Positions 15,417 through 29,200 of a DNA stretch of 64,000 nt are shown here, in pieces. A program made the position numbers and the translations under genes. How positions within the stretch are numbered: the first letter of the stretch is position 1; every line of letters starts with the position of its first letter. Source of the DNA: Eledone cirrhosa (lineage: Eukaryota). The notes under the pieces were generated by a model, which was not told the DNA's origin, made no database searches, and saw only the letters and a list, made by a program, of their open reading frames with translations. Location of the stretch: positions 8,990,001 through 9,054,000 of the forward strand of contig OZ024740.1 of NCBI GenBank assembly GCA_964016885.1, in the 5' to 3' direction.

Positions 15417-15434
15417 CAGACCGGGTGATGTGTT

Positions 15435-15495
15435 GTTTCCTTGAGCAAGACACTTTATTTCACATTGCTCCAGTTTACTCAGCTGTAGAAATGAG
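15435..15495 (+). other. CORE-SINE central domain
   Basis: GTTTCCTTGAGCAAGACACTTTATTTCACATTGCTCCAGTTTACTCAGCTGTAGAAATGAG aligns by eye with the recalled MIR CORE consensus GTGACCTTGGGCAAGTTACTTAACCTCTCTGTGCCTCAGTTTCCTCATCTGTAAAATGGG. Confidence 0.75.
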
Positions 15496-17299
15496 ATGAT
15501 AGGGACTGGGGTCCATATCATTCCACTGCAAAGTGGTCGTGGAGGTGCCACGGCAAAAAAGCACCCAGCACTCACTGTAAATGAGGTTGGTGTTAGGAAG
15601 GGCATCCAGCTGTAGAAATCAAGCCAGCATCAGTTCCCGTCCCACCCTTGCAAGCAGGGAAAAAGCGGACGTAAAATGAAATGATGATGATGATGATATC
15701 AGTTTCTATTGGTATGTGAGTTTCGATGATTATATCAGTTACTATTGGTATGTCAGTTTCGATTGTTATGTCAGTGTCTATTGGTATATCAGTTTCGATT
15801 GGTATGTCAGTTTCGATTAGTATATCAGTTTCTATTGGTATGTCAGTTTCTATTGGTATAACAGTTTCGATTGGTATATCAGTTTCGATTGGTATGTCAA
15901 TTTCGATTGGTATGTCAGTTTCGATTGGTATATCAGTTTCGAAGGGTATTTCAATCTCAATTGGTATGTCAGTTTCGATTTGTATATCAGTTCTGATTAG
16001 TATATCAGTTTCTATTGGTATATCAGTTTCGATTGGTATATCAGTTTCTATTGGTATGTCATTGGTATATCAGTTTCGATTGGTATGTCAGTTTCTATTG
16101 GTATATCAGCTTCGATTGGTATGTCAGTTTCGATTGGTATATCAGTTTCGATTGGTATATCTGTTTCGATTGGTATGTCAGTTTCTATTGGTATGTCAGT
16201 TTCTATTGGTATATACATTTCGATTGGTATATCAGTTTCGATTGGTATGTCAATTTGGATTGGTATGTCAGTTTCGATTGGTACATCAGTTTCGAATGGT
16301 ATTTCAATCTCAATTGGTATGTCAGTTTCGATTGGTATATCAGTTTTGATTAGTATGTCAGTTTCTATTGGTATATCAGTTTCGATTGGTATATCAGTTT
16401 CGATTGGTATATCAGTTTCTATTTGTATGTCCGTTTCGATTGGTATGTCAGTTTCTATAGGTATATCAGTTTCGATTGTTATGTTAGTTTTTTATTGGTA
16501 TGTCAGTTTCGATTAGTATCAGTATCTATTGGTATGTCAGTATTGATTGGTATGTTCGTCCTCGAGTTGTATGTCAGTTTCTATAGGTATATCAGTTTCT
16601 ATTGGTATGTCAGTTTCTATTAGTATATCAGTTTCTATTGGTATGTCAGTCTCTATTGGTATATCAGTTTCGAATTGTATGTCAGTTTCGGATGGTATAT
16701 CAGTTTCGATTGGTATGTCAGTTTCGATTGTTATATCAGTTTCTATTGCTATATCAGTTTCTATTGGTATGTCGGTTTCTATTGGTATATCAGTTTCGAT
16801 TGGTATGTCAATTTCGATTGTTATGTCAGTTTCGATTGGTATATCAGTTTAGAGTGGTATTTCAATCTCGATTGGTATGTCAGTTTCGATTGGTATATCA
16901 GTTACGATTGGTATATCAGTTTCAATTGGTATGTTAGTTTCTATTGGTATGTCAGTTTCTATTAGTATATCAGCTTCTATTGGTATGTCAGTTTCGATTG
17001 GTATGTTAGTCCTCGATTTGTATGTCACTTTCTATTGGTATATCAGTTTTGATTGGTATGTCAGTTTCAATTAGTATATCAGTTTCTATTGGTATGTCAG
17101 TTTATATTGGCATATCAGTTTCAATTAGTATGTCAGTTTCGATTGGTATATCAGTTTCGAATGGTATTTCAATCTCGATTGGTATGTCAGTTTCGATTGG
17201 TATATCAGTTACAATTGGTATATCAGTTTCAATTGGTATGTTAGTTTCTATTGGTATGTCAGTTTCTATTAGTATATCAGCTTCTATTGGTATGTCAGT

Positions 17300-20200
17300 T
17301 TCGATTGGTATGTTAGTCCTCGATTTGTATGTCACTTTCTATTGGTATATCAGTTTCGATTGGTATGTCAATTTCAATTAGTATATCAGTTTCTATTAGT
17401 ATGTCAGTTTCTATTGGTATATCAGTTTCGATTGGAATATCAGTTTCGATTGGTAAGTCAGTTTCTATTGGTATGTCAGTTTCGATTGGTATATCAGTTT
17501 CGATTGGTACATCAGTTTCTATTGCTATATCAGTTTCTATTGTTATATCAGTTTCGATTGGTATGTCAGTTTCTATTGGTATATCAGTTGCGATTGGTAT
17601 GTCAGTTTCTATTGGTATGTGAGTTTCGATTATTATATCAGTTACTATTGGTATGTCAGTGTCTATTGGTATATCAGTTTCGTTTGGTATGTCAGTTTCG
17701 ATTAGTATATCAGTTTCTATTGGTATGTCAATTTCGATTGGTATGTCAGTTTCGATTGGTATATCAGTTTCGAATGGTATTTCAATCTCGATTGGTATGT
17801 CAGTTTCGATTGGTATATCAGTTTCGATTAGTATGTCAGTTTCTATTGGTATATCAGTTTCGATTGGAATATCAGTTACGATTGGTATGTCAGTTTCTAT
17901 TGGTATGTCAGTTTCGATTGGTATATCAGTTTCGATTGGTATATCAGTTTCTATTGCTATATCAGTTTCTATTAGTATATCAGTTTCGATTGGTATGTCA
18001 GTTTCTATTGGTATATCAGTTGCGATTGGTATGTCACTTTCGATTGGTATGTCAGTATCAATTGTTATGTCAGTGTCTATTGGTATATCAGTTTCGATTG
18101 GTATGTCAGTTTCTATTGGTATTTCAGTTTCGTTTGGTATGTCAGTTTCGATTAGTATATCAGTTTCTATTGTTAAGTCAGTTTCTATTGGTATATCAGT
18201 TTCGATTGGTATATCAGTTTCTATTGGTATGTCAATTTCGATTGGTATGTCAGTTTCGATTGGTATATCAGGTTCGATTAGTATGTCAGTTTCTATTGGT
18301 CTATCAGTTACGATTGGTATGTCAGTTTCTATTGGTATATCAGTTTCGATTGGTATATAAGTTTCTATTGGTATGTCAATTTCGATTGGTATGTCTGTTT
18401 TGATTGATATATCAAATTCGACTGGTATATCACTTTCTATTGCTATATCAGTTTCTATTGGTATGTCAGTTTCAATTGGTATGTCAGTTTCTATTGGTAT
18501 ATCAGTTTTGATTGGTATGTCAGTTTCTATTGCTATGTCAGTTTCCATTATTATATCAGTTACTATTGGTATGTCAGTTTCGATTGGTATGTCAGTTTCG
18601 ATTGTTATGTCAGTGTCTATTGGTATATCAGTTTCTATTGGTATGTCAGTTTCTATTGGTATATCAGTTTCGATTGGAATATCAGTTTCGATTGGTATGT
18701 CAGTTTCTATTGGTATGTCAGTTTCGATTGGTATATCAGTTTCTATTGGTATATCAGTTTCGATTGCTATGTCAGTTTCGATTGCTATGTCAGTCTCTAT
18801 TGGTTTATCAGTTTCGATTGGTATATCAGTATCTATTGGTATGTTAGTTTCTATTGGTATGTCAGTTTCGATTAGTATATCGGTTTCTATTGGTATATCA
18901 GTTTCGATTGGTATGTCAGTTTCGATTAGTATATCAGTTACTATTTGTATGTCAGTTTCTATTGGTATATCAGTTTCGATTGGTATATCAGTTTCGATTG
19001 GTATATCAGTTTCAATTGGTATGTCATTTTTTATCGGTATATCAGTTTCTATTGGTATATCAGTTTCGATTGGTATGTCAATTTCGATTGGTATGTCAGT
19101 TTCTATTGGTATATCAGTTTTGATTGGCATATCAGTTTCGATTAGTATGTCAGTTTCGATTGGTATGTCAGTTTTCGATTCGTATATCAGTTTCGATTTG
19201 TATATCAGTTTCGATTGGTATATCAGTTTTTATTGCTATATCAATTCCTATAGGTATGTCAGTTTCTATTGGTATATCAGTTTCGATTGGTATGTCGGTT
19301 TCTATTGGTATATCAGTTTCGATTGGTATGTCAATTTCGATTGTTATGTCAGTTTCGATTGGTATATCAGTTTAGAGTGGTATTTCAATCTCGATTGGTA
19401 TGTCAGTTTCGATTGGTATATCAGTTACGATTGGTATATCAGTTTCAATTGGTATGTTAGTTTCTATTGGTATATCAGTTTCTATTAGTATATCAGCTTC
19501 TATTGGTATGTCAGTTTCGATTGTTATGTTAGTCCTCGATTTGTATGTCACTTTCTATTGGTATATCAGTTTCGATTGGTATGTCAGTTTCAATTAGTAT
19601 ATCAGTTTCTATTGGTATGTCAGTTTCTATTGGTATATCAGTTTCGATTGGAATATCAGTTTCGATTGGTAAGTCAGTTTCTATTGGTATGTCAGTTTCG
19701 ATTGGTATATCAGTTTCGATTGGTATATCAGTTTATATTGCTATATCAGTTTCTATTGTTATATCAGTTTCGATTGGTATGTCTGTTTCTATTGGTATAT
19801 CAGTTGCGATTGGTATGTCAGTTTCTATTGGTATGTGAGTTTCGATTATTATATCAGTTACTATTGGTATGTCAGTGTCTATTGGTATATCAGTTTCATT
19901 GGTATGTCAGTTTCGATTAGTATATCAGTTTCTATTGGTATGTCAATTTCGATTGGTGTGTCAGTTTCGATTGGTATATCAGTTTCGAATGGTATTTCAA
20001 TCTCGATTGGTATGTCAGTTTCGAATTGGTATATCAGTTTCGATAAGTATGTCAGTTTCTATTGGTATATCAGTTTCGATTGGAATATCAGTTTCGATTG
20101 GTATGTCAGTTTCTATTGGTATGTCAGTTTCGATTGGTATATCAGTTTCGATTGGTATATCAGTTTCTATTGCTATATCAGTTTCTATTAGTATATCAGT

Positions 20201-23200
20201 TTCGATTGGTATGTCAGTTTCTATTTGTATATCAGTTGCGATTGGTATGTCACTTTCGATTGGTATGTCAGTATCAATTGTTATGTCAGTGTCTATTGGT
20301 ATATCAGTTTCGATTCGTATGTCAGTTTCTATTGGTATTTCAGTTTCTATTGGTATGTCAGTTTCGATTAGTATATCAGTTTCTATTGTTAAGTCAGTTT
20401 CTATTGGTATATCAGTTTCGATTGGTATATCAGTTTCTATTGGTATGTCAATTTCGATTGGTATGTCAGTTTCGATTGGTATATCAGGTTCGATTAGTAT
20501 GTCAGTTTCTATTGGTCTATCAGTTACGATTGGTATGTCAGTTTCTATTGGTATATCAGTTTCGATTGGTATATAAGTTTCTATTGGTATGTCAATTTCG
20601 ATTGGTATGTCTGTTTTGATTGATATATCAGATTCGACTGGTATATCACTTTCTATTGCTATATCAGTTTCTATTGGTATGTCAGTTTCAATTGGTATGT
20701 CAGTTTCTATTGGTATATCAGTTTTGATTGGTATGTCAGTTTCTATTGCTATGTCAGTTTCCATTATTATATCAGTTACTATTGGTATGTCAGTTTCGAT
20801 TGGTATGTCAGTTTCGATTGTTATGTCAGTGTCTATTGGTATATCAGTTTCTATTGGTATGTCAGTTTCTATTGGTATATCAGTTTCGATTGGAATATCA
20901 GTTTCGATTGGTATGTCAGTTTCTATTGGTATGTCAGTTTCGATTGGTATATCAGTTTCTATTGGTATATCAGTTTCGATTGGTATGTTAGTTTCTATTG
21001 GTATGTCAGTTTCTATTGGTATGTCAGTTTCGATTAGTATATCGGTTTCTATTGGTATATCAGTTTCGATTGGTATGTCAGTTTCGATTAGTATATCAGT
21101 TACTATTTGTATGTCAGTTTCTATTGGTATATCAGTTTCGATTGGTATATCAGTTTCGATTGGTATATCAGTTTCAATTGGTATGTCATTTTTTATCGGT
21201 ATATCAGTTTCTATTGGTATATCAGTTTCGATTGGTATGTCAATTTCGATTGGTATGTCAGTTTCTATTGGTATATCAGTTTTGATTGGCATATCAGTTT
21301 CGATTAGTATGTCAGTTTCGATTGGTATGTCAGTTTTCGATTCGTATATCAGTTTCGATTTGTATATCAGTTTCGATTGGTATATCAGTTTTTATTGCTA
21401 TATCAATTCCTATAGGTATGTCAGTTTCTATTGGTATATCAGTTTCGATTGGTATGTCGGTTTCTATTGGTATATCAGTTTCGATTGGTATGTCAATTTC
21501 GATTGTTATGTCAGTTTCGATTGGTATATCAGTTTAGAGTGGTATTTCAATCTCGATTGGTATGTCAGTTTCGGTTGGTATATCAGTTACGATTGGTATA
21601 TCAGTTTCTATTGCTATATCAGTTTCTATTGTTATATCAGTTTCGATTGGTATGTCAGTTTCTATTGGTATATCAGTTGCGATTGGTATGTGAGTTTCTA
21701 TTGGTATGTGAGTTTCGATTATTATATCAGTTACTATTGGTATGTCAGTGTCTATTGGTATATCAGTTTCGTTTGGTATGTCAGTTTCGATTAGTATATC
21801 AGTTTCTATTGGTATGTCAATTTCGATTGGTATGTCAGTTTCGATTGGTATATCAGTTTCGAATGGTATGTCAGTTTCGATTGGTATATCAGTTACAATT
21901 GGTATATCAGTTTCAATTGGTATGTTAGTTTATATTGGTATGTCAGTTTCTATTAGTATATCAGCTTCTATTGGTATGTCAGTTTCGATTGGTATGTTAG
22001 TCCTCGATTTGTATGTCACTTTCTATTGGTATATCAGTTTCGATTGGTATGTCAGTTTCTATTAGTATGTCAGTTTCTATTGGTATATCAGTTTCGATTG
22101 GAATATCAGTTTCGATTGGTAAGTCAGTTTCTATTGGTATGTCAGTTTCGATTGGTATATCAGTTTCGATTGGTACATCAGTTTCTATTGCTATATCAGT
22201 TTCTATTGTTATATCAGTTTCGATTGGTATGTCAGTGTCTATTGGTATATCAGTTTCGTTTGGTATGTCAGTTTCGATTAGTATATCAGTTTCTATTGGT
22301 ATGTCAGTTTCGATTGGTATATCAGTTTCGAATGGTATTTCAATCTCGATTGGTATGTCAGTTTCGATTGGTATATCAGTTTCGATTAGTATGTCAGTTT
22401 CTATTGGTATATCAGTTTCGATTGGAATATCAGTTTCGATTGGTATGTCAGTTTCTATTGGTATGTCAGTTTCGATTGGTATATCAGTTTCGATTGGTAT
22501 ATCAGTTTCTATTGCTATATCAGTTTCTATTAGTATATCAGTTTCGATTGGTATGTCAGTTTCTATTGGTATATCAGTTGCGATTGGTATGTCACTTTCG
22601 ATTGGTATGTCAGTATCAATTGTTATGTCAGTGTCTATTGGTATATCAGTTTCGATTGGTATGTCAGTTTCTATTGGTATTTCAGTTTCGTTTGGTATGT
22701 CAGTTTCGATTAGTATATCAGTTTCTATTGTTAAGTCAGTTTCTATTGGTATATCAGTTTCGATTGGTATGTCAATTTCGATTGGTATGTCAGTTTCGAT
22801 TGGTATATCAGGTTCGATTAGTATGTCAGTTTCTATTGGTCTATCAGTTACGATTGGTATGTCAGTTTCTATTGGTATATCAGTTTCGATTGGTATATAA
22901 GTTTCTATTGGTATGTCAATTTCGATTGGTATGTCTGTTTTGATTGATATATCAGATTCGACTGGTATATCACTTTCTATTGCTATATCAGTTTCTATTG
23001 GTATGTCAGTTTCAATTGGTATGTCAGTTTCTATTGGTATATCAGTTTTGATTGGTATGTCAGTTTCTATTGCTATGTCAGTTTCCATTATTATATCAGT
23101 TACTATTGGTATGTCAGTTTCGATTGGTATGTCAGTTTCGATTGTTATGTCAGTGTCTATTGGTATATCAGTTTCTATTGGTATGTCAGTTTCTATTGGT

Positions 23201-26200
23201 ATATCAGTTTCGATTGGAATATCAGTTTCGATTGGTATGTCAGTTTCTATTGGTATGTCAGTTTCGATTGGTATATCAGTTTCTATTGGTATATCAGTTT
23301 CGATTGCTATGTCAGTTTCGATTGCTATGTCAGTCTCTATTGGTTTATCAGTTTCGATTAGTATATCAGTTTCTATTGGTATGTTAGTTTCTATTGGTAT
23401 GTCAGTTTCGATTAGTATATCCGTTTTGTATTGGTATATCAGTTTCGATTGGTATGTCAGTTTCGATTAGTATATCAGTTACTATTTGTATGTCAGTTTC
23501 TATTGGTATATCAGTTTCGATTGGTATATCAGTTTCGATTGGTATATCAGTTTCAATTGGTATGTCATTTTTTATCGGTATATCAGTTACTATTGGTATA
23601 TCAGTTTCGATTGGTATGTCAATTTCGATTGGTATGTCAGTTTCTATTGGTATATCAGTTTTGATTGGCATATCAGTTTCGATTAGTATGTCAGTTTCGA
23701 TTGGTATGTCAGTTTTCGATTCGTATATCAGTTTCGATTTGTATATCAGTTTCGATTGGTATATCAGTTTTTATTGCTATATCAATTCCTATAGGTATGT
23801 CAGTTTCTATTGGTATATCAGTTTCGATTGGTATGTCGGTTTCTATTGGTATATCAGTTTCGATTGGTATGTCAATTTCGATTGTTATGTCAGTTTCAAT
23901 TGGTATATCAGTTTAGAGTGGTATTTCAATCTCGATTGGTATGTCAGTTTCGATTGGTATATCAGTTACGATTGGTATATCAGTTTCAATTGGTATGTTA
24001 GTTTCTATTGGTATGTCAGTTACTATTAGTATATCAGCTTCTATTGGTATGTCAGTTTCGATTGTTATGTTAGTCCTCGATTTGTATGTCACTTTCTATT
24101 GGTATATCAGTTTCGATTGGTATGTCAGTTTCAATTAGTATATCAGTTTCTATTGGTATGTCAGTTTCTATTGGTATATCAGTTTCGATTGGAATATCAG
24201 TTTCGATTGGTAAGTCAGTTTCTATTGGTATGTCAGTTTCGATTGGTATATCAGTTTCGATTGGTATATCAGTTTCTATTGCTATATCAGTTTCTATTGT
24301 TATATCAGTTTCGATTGGTATGTCAGTTTCTATTGGTATATCAGTTGCGATTGGTATGTCAGTTTCTATTGGTATGTGAGTTTCGATTATTATATCAGTT
24401 ACTATTGGTATGTCAGTGTCTATTGGTATATCAGTTTCGTTTGGTATGTCAGTTTCGATTAGTATATCAGTTTCTATTGGTATGTCAATTTCGATTGGTA
24501 TGTCAGTTTCGATTGGTATATCAGTTTCGAATGGTATTTCAATCTCGATTGGTATGTCAGTTTCGATTGGTATATCAGTTTCGATTAGTATGTCAGTTTC
24601 TATTGGTATATCAGTTTCGATTGGAATATCAGTTTCGATTGGTATGTCAGTTTCTATTGGTATGTCAGTTTCGATTGGTATATCAGTTTCGATTGGTATA
24701 TCAGTTTCTATTGCTATATCAGTTTCTATTAGTATATCAGTTTCGATTGGTATGTCAGTTTCTATTTGTATATCAGTTGCGATTGGTATGTCACTTTCGA
24801 TTGGTATGTCAGTATCAATTGTTATGTCAGTGTCTATTGGTATATCAGTTTCGATTGGTATGTCAGTTTCTATTGGTATTTCAGTTTCGTTTGGTATGTC
24901 AGTTTCGATTAGTATATCAGTTTCTATTGTTAAGTCAGTTTCTATTGGTATATCAGTTTCGATTGGTATATCAGTTTCTATTGGTATGTCAATTTCGATT
25001 GGTATGTCAGTTTCGATTGGTATATCAGGTTCGATTAGTATATCAGTTTCTATTGGTCTATCAGTTACGATTGGTATGTCAGTTTCTATTGGTATGTCAA
25101 TTTCGATTGGTATGTCTGTTTTGATTGATATATCAGATTCGACTGGTATATCACTTTCTATTGCTATATCAGTTTCTATTGGTATGTCAGTTTCAATTGG
25201 TATGTCAGTTTCTATTGGTATATCAGTTTTGATTGGTATGTCAGTTTCTATTGCTATGTCAGTTTCGATTGGTATGTCAGTTTCGATTGTTATGTCAGTG
25301 TCTATTGGTATATCAGTTTCTATTGGTATGTCAGTTTCTATTGGTATATCAGTTTCGATTGGAATATCAGTTTCGATTGGTATGTCAGTTTCTATTGGTA
25401 TGTCAGTTTCGATTGGTATATCAGTTTCTATTGGTATATCAGTTTCGATTGTTATGTCAGTTTCGATTGCTATGTCAGTCTCTATTGGTTTATCAGTTTC
25501 GATTGGTTTATCAGTTTCTATTGGTATGTTAGTTTCTATTGGTATGTCAGTTTCGATTAGTATATCGGTTTCTATTGGTATATCAGTTTCGATTGGTATG
25601 TCAGTTTCAATTAGTATATCAGTTTCTATTAGTATGTCAGTTTCTATTGGTATATCAGTTTCGATTGGAATATCAGTTTCGATTGGTAAGTCTGTTTCTA
25701 TTGGAATGTCAGTTTCGATTGGTATATCAGTTTCGATTGGTACATCAGTTTCTATTGCTATATCAGTTTCTATTGTTATATCAGTTTCGATTGGTATGTC
25801 AGTTTCTATTGGTATATCAGTTGCGATTGGTATGTCAGTTTCTATTGGTATGTGAGTTTCGATTATTATATCAGTTACTATTGGTATGTCAGTGTCTATT
25901 GGTATATCAGTTTCGTTTGGTATGTCAGTTTCGATTAGTATATCAGTTTCTATTGGTATGTCAATTTCGATTGGTATGTCAGTTTCGATTGGTATATCAG
26001 TTTCGAATGGTATTTCAATCTCGATTGGTATGTCAGTTTCGATTGGTATATCAGTTTCGATTAGTATGTCAGTTTCTATTGGTATATCAGTTTCGATTGG
26101 AATATCAGTTTCGATTGGTATGTCAGTTTCTATTGGTATGTCAGTTTCGATTGGTATATCAGTTTCGATTGGTATATCAGTTTCTATTGCTATATCAGTT

Positions 26201-29200
26201 TCTATTAGTATATCAGTTTCGATTGGTATGTCAGTTTGTATTGGTATATCAGTTGCGATTGGTATGTCACTTTCGATTGGTATGTCAGTATCGATTGTTA
26301 TGTCAGTGTCTATTGGTATATCAGTTTCGATTGGTATGTCAGTTTCTATTGGTATTTCAGTTTCGTTTGGTATGTCAGTTTCGATTAGTATATCAGTTTC
26401 TATTGTTAAGTCAGTTACTATTGGTATATCAGTTTCGATTGGTATATCAGTTTCTATTGGTATGTCAATTTCGATTGGTATGTCAGTTTCGATTGGTATA
26501 TCAGGTTCGATTAGTATGTCAGTTTCTATTGGTCTATCAGTTACGATTGGTATGTCAGTTTCTATTGGTATATCAGTTTTGATTGGTATATAAGTTTCTA
26601 TTGGTATGTCAATTTCGATTGGTATGTCTGTTTTGATTGATATATCAGATTCGACTGGTATATCACTTTCTATTGCTATATCAGTTTCTATTGGTATGTC
26701 AGTTTCAATTGGTATGTCAGTTTATATTGGTATATCAGTTTTGATTGGTATGTCAGTTTCTATTGCTATGTCAGTTTCCATTATTATATCAGTTACTATT
26801 GGTATGTCAGTTTCGATTGGTATGTCAGTTTCGATTGTTATGTCAGTGTCTATTGGTATATCAGTTTCTATTGGTATGTCAGTTTCTATTGGTATATCAG
26901 TTTCGATTGGAATATCAGTTTCGATTGGTATGTCAGTTTCTATTGGTATGTCAGTTTCGATTGGTATATCAGTTTCTATTGGTATATCAGTTTCGATTGC
27001 TATGTCAGTTTCGATTGCTATGTCAGTCTCTATTGGTTTATCAGTTTCGATTAGTATATCAGTTTCTATTGGTATGTTAGTTTCTATTGGTATGTCAGTT
27101 TCGATTAGTATATCGGTTTCTATTGGTATATCAGTTTCGATTGGTATATCAGTTTCGATTGGTATATCAGTTTCAATTGGTATATCAGTTTCGATTGGTA
27201 TATCAGTTTCAATTGGTATGTCATTTTTTATCGGTATATCAGTTTCTATTGGTATATCAGTTTCGATTGGTATGTCAATTTCGATTGGTATGTCAGTTTC
27301 TATTGGTATATCAGTTTTGATTGGCATATCAGTTTCGATTAGTATGTCAGTTTCGATTGGTATGTCAGTTTTCGATTCGTATATCAGTTTCGATTTGTAT
27401 ATCAGTTTCGATTGCTATATCAGTTTTTATTGCTATATCAATTCCTATAGGTATGTCAGTTTCTATTGGTATATCAGTTTCGATTGGTATGTCAGTTTAT
27501 ATTGGTATATCAGTTTCGATTGGCATATCAGTTTCAATTAGTATGTCAGTTTCGATTGGTATATCAGTTTCGAATGGTATTTCAATCTCGATTGGTATGT
27601 CAGTTTCGATTAGTATATCAGTTACAATTGGTATATCAGTTTCAATTGGTATGTTAGTTTCTATTGGTATGTCAGTTTCTATTAGTATATCAGCTTCTAT
27701 TGGTATGTCAGTTTCGATTGTTATGTTAGTCCTCGATTTGTATGTCACTTTCTATTGGTATATCAGTTTCGATTGGTATGTCAGTTTCAATTAGTATATC
27801 AGTTTCTATTGGTATGTCAGTTTCTATTGGTATATCAGTTTCGATTGGAATATCAGTTTCGATTGGTAAGTCAGTTTCTATTGGTATGTCAGTTTCGATT
27901 GGTATATCAGTTTCGATTGGTATATCAGTTTCTATTGCTATATCAGTTTCTATTGTTATATCAGTTTCGATTTGTATGTCAGTTTCTATTGGTATATCAG
28001 TTGCGATTGGTATGTCAGTTTCTATTGGTATGTGAGTTTCGATTATTATATCAGTTACTATTGGTATGTCAGTGTCTATTGGTATATCAGTTTCGTTTGG
28101 TATGTCAGTTTCGATTAGTATATCAGTTTCTATTGGTATGTCAATTTCGATTGGTATGTCAGTTTCGATTGGTATATCAGTTTCGAATGGTATTTCAATC
28201 TCGATTGGTATGTCAGTTTCGATTGGTATATCAGTTTCGATTAGTATGTCAGTTTCTATTGGTATATCAGTTTCGATTGGAATATCAGTTTCGATTGGTA
28301 TGTCAGTTTCTATTGGTATGTCAGTTTCGATTGGTATATCAGTTTCGATTGGTATATCAGTTTCTATTGCTATATCAGTTTCTATTAGTATATCAGTTTC
28401 GATTGGTATGTCAGTTTCTATTTGTATATCAGTTGCGATTGGTATGTCACTTTCGATTGGTATGTCAGTATCAATTGTTATGTCAGTGTCTATTGGTATA
28501 TCAGTTTCGATTGGTATGTCAGTTTCTATTGGTATTTCAGTTTCGTTTGGTATGTCAGTTTCGATTAGTATATCAGTTTCTATTGTTAATTCAGTTTCTA
28601 TTGGTATATCAGTTTCGATTGGTATATAAGTTTCTATTGGTATGTCAATTTCGATTGGTATGTCTGTTTCGATTGATATATCAGATTCGACTGGTATATC
28701 ACTTTCTATTGCTATATCAGTTTCTATTGGTATTTCAGTTTCTATTGGTATATCAGTTTTGATTGGTATGTCAGTTTCTATTGCTATGTCAGTTTCCATT
28801 ATTATATCAGTTACTATTGGTATGTCAGTTTCGATTGGTATGTCAGTTTCGATTGTTATGTCAGTGTCTATTGGTATATCAGTTTCTATTGGTATGTCAG
28901 TTTCTATTGGTATATCAGTTTCGATTGGAATATCAGTTTCGATTGGTATGTCAGTTTCTATTGGTATGTCAGTTTCGATTGGTATATCAGTTTCTATTGG
29001 TATATCAGTTTCGATTGCTATGTCAGTTTCGATTGCTATGTCAGTCTCTATTGGTTTATCAGTTTCGATTGGTATATCAGTTTCTATTGGTATGTTAGTT
29101 TCTATTGGTATGTCAGTTTCGATTCGTATATCAGTTTCAATTGGTATGTCATTTTTTATCGGTATATCAGTTTCTATTGGTATATCCGTTTCGATTGGTA

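Larger units (their letters stand above)
15353..15695 (+). mobile_element. Full-length SINE: tRNA-derived head, CORE-like central domain, RTE-LINE-derived 3' tail and (ATG)n (architecture like octopus OR-type CORE-SINEs)
   Basis: A box TGGCTTAGTGG (15362-15372) and degenerate B box AGTTCAATTCT (15406-15416). The central CCTTGAGCAAGACACTT...CAGTTTACTCAGCTGTAGAAATGAG resembles MIR CORE. The 3' part from 15533 matches the 3' UTR of the 43695 LINE. TSD ATAT at 15349-15352 and 15696-15699. Confidence 0.92.

Noticed and set aside
15353-15425. Functional tRNA gene
   Set aside because: A and B boxes are present, but the B box is degenerate and no convincing acceptor stem is visible. It continues into CORE and a LINE tail with a TSD, so it is a SINE head. 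The parent tRNA was not assigned.
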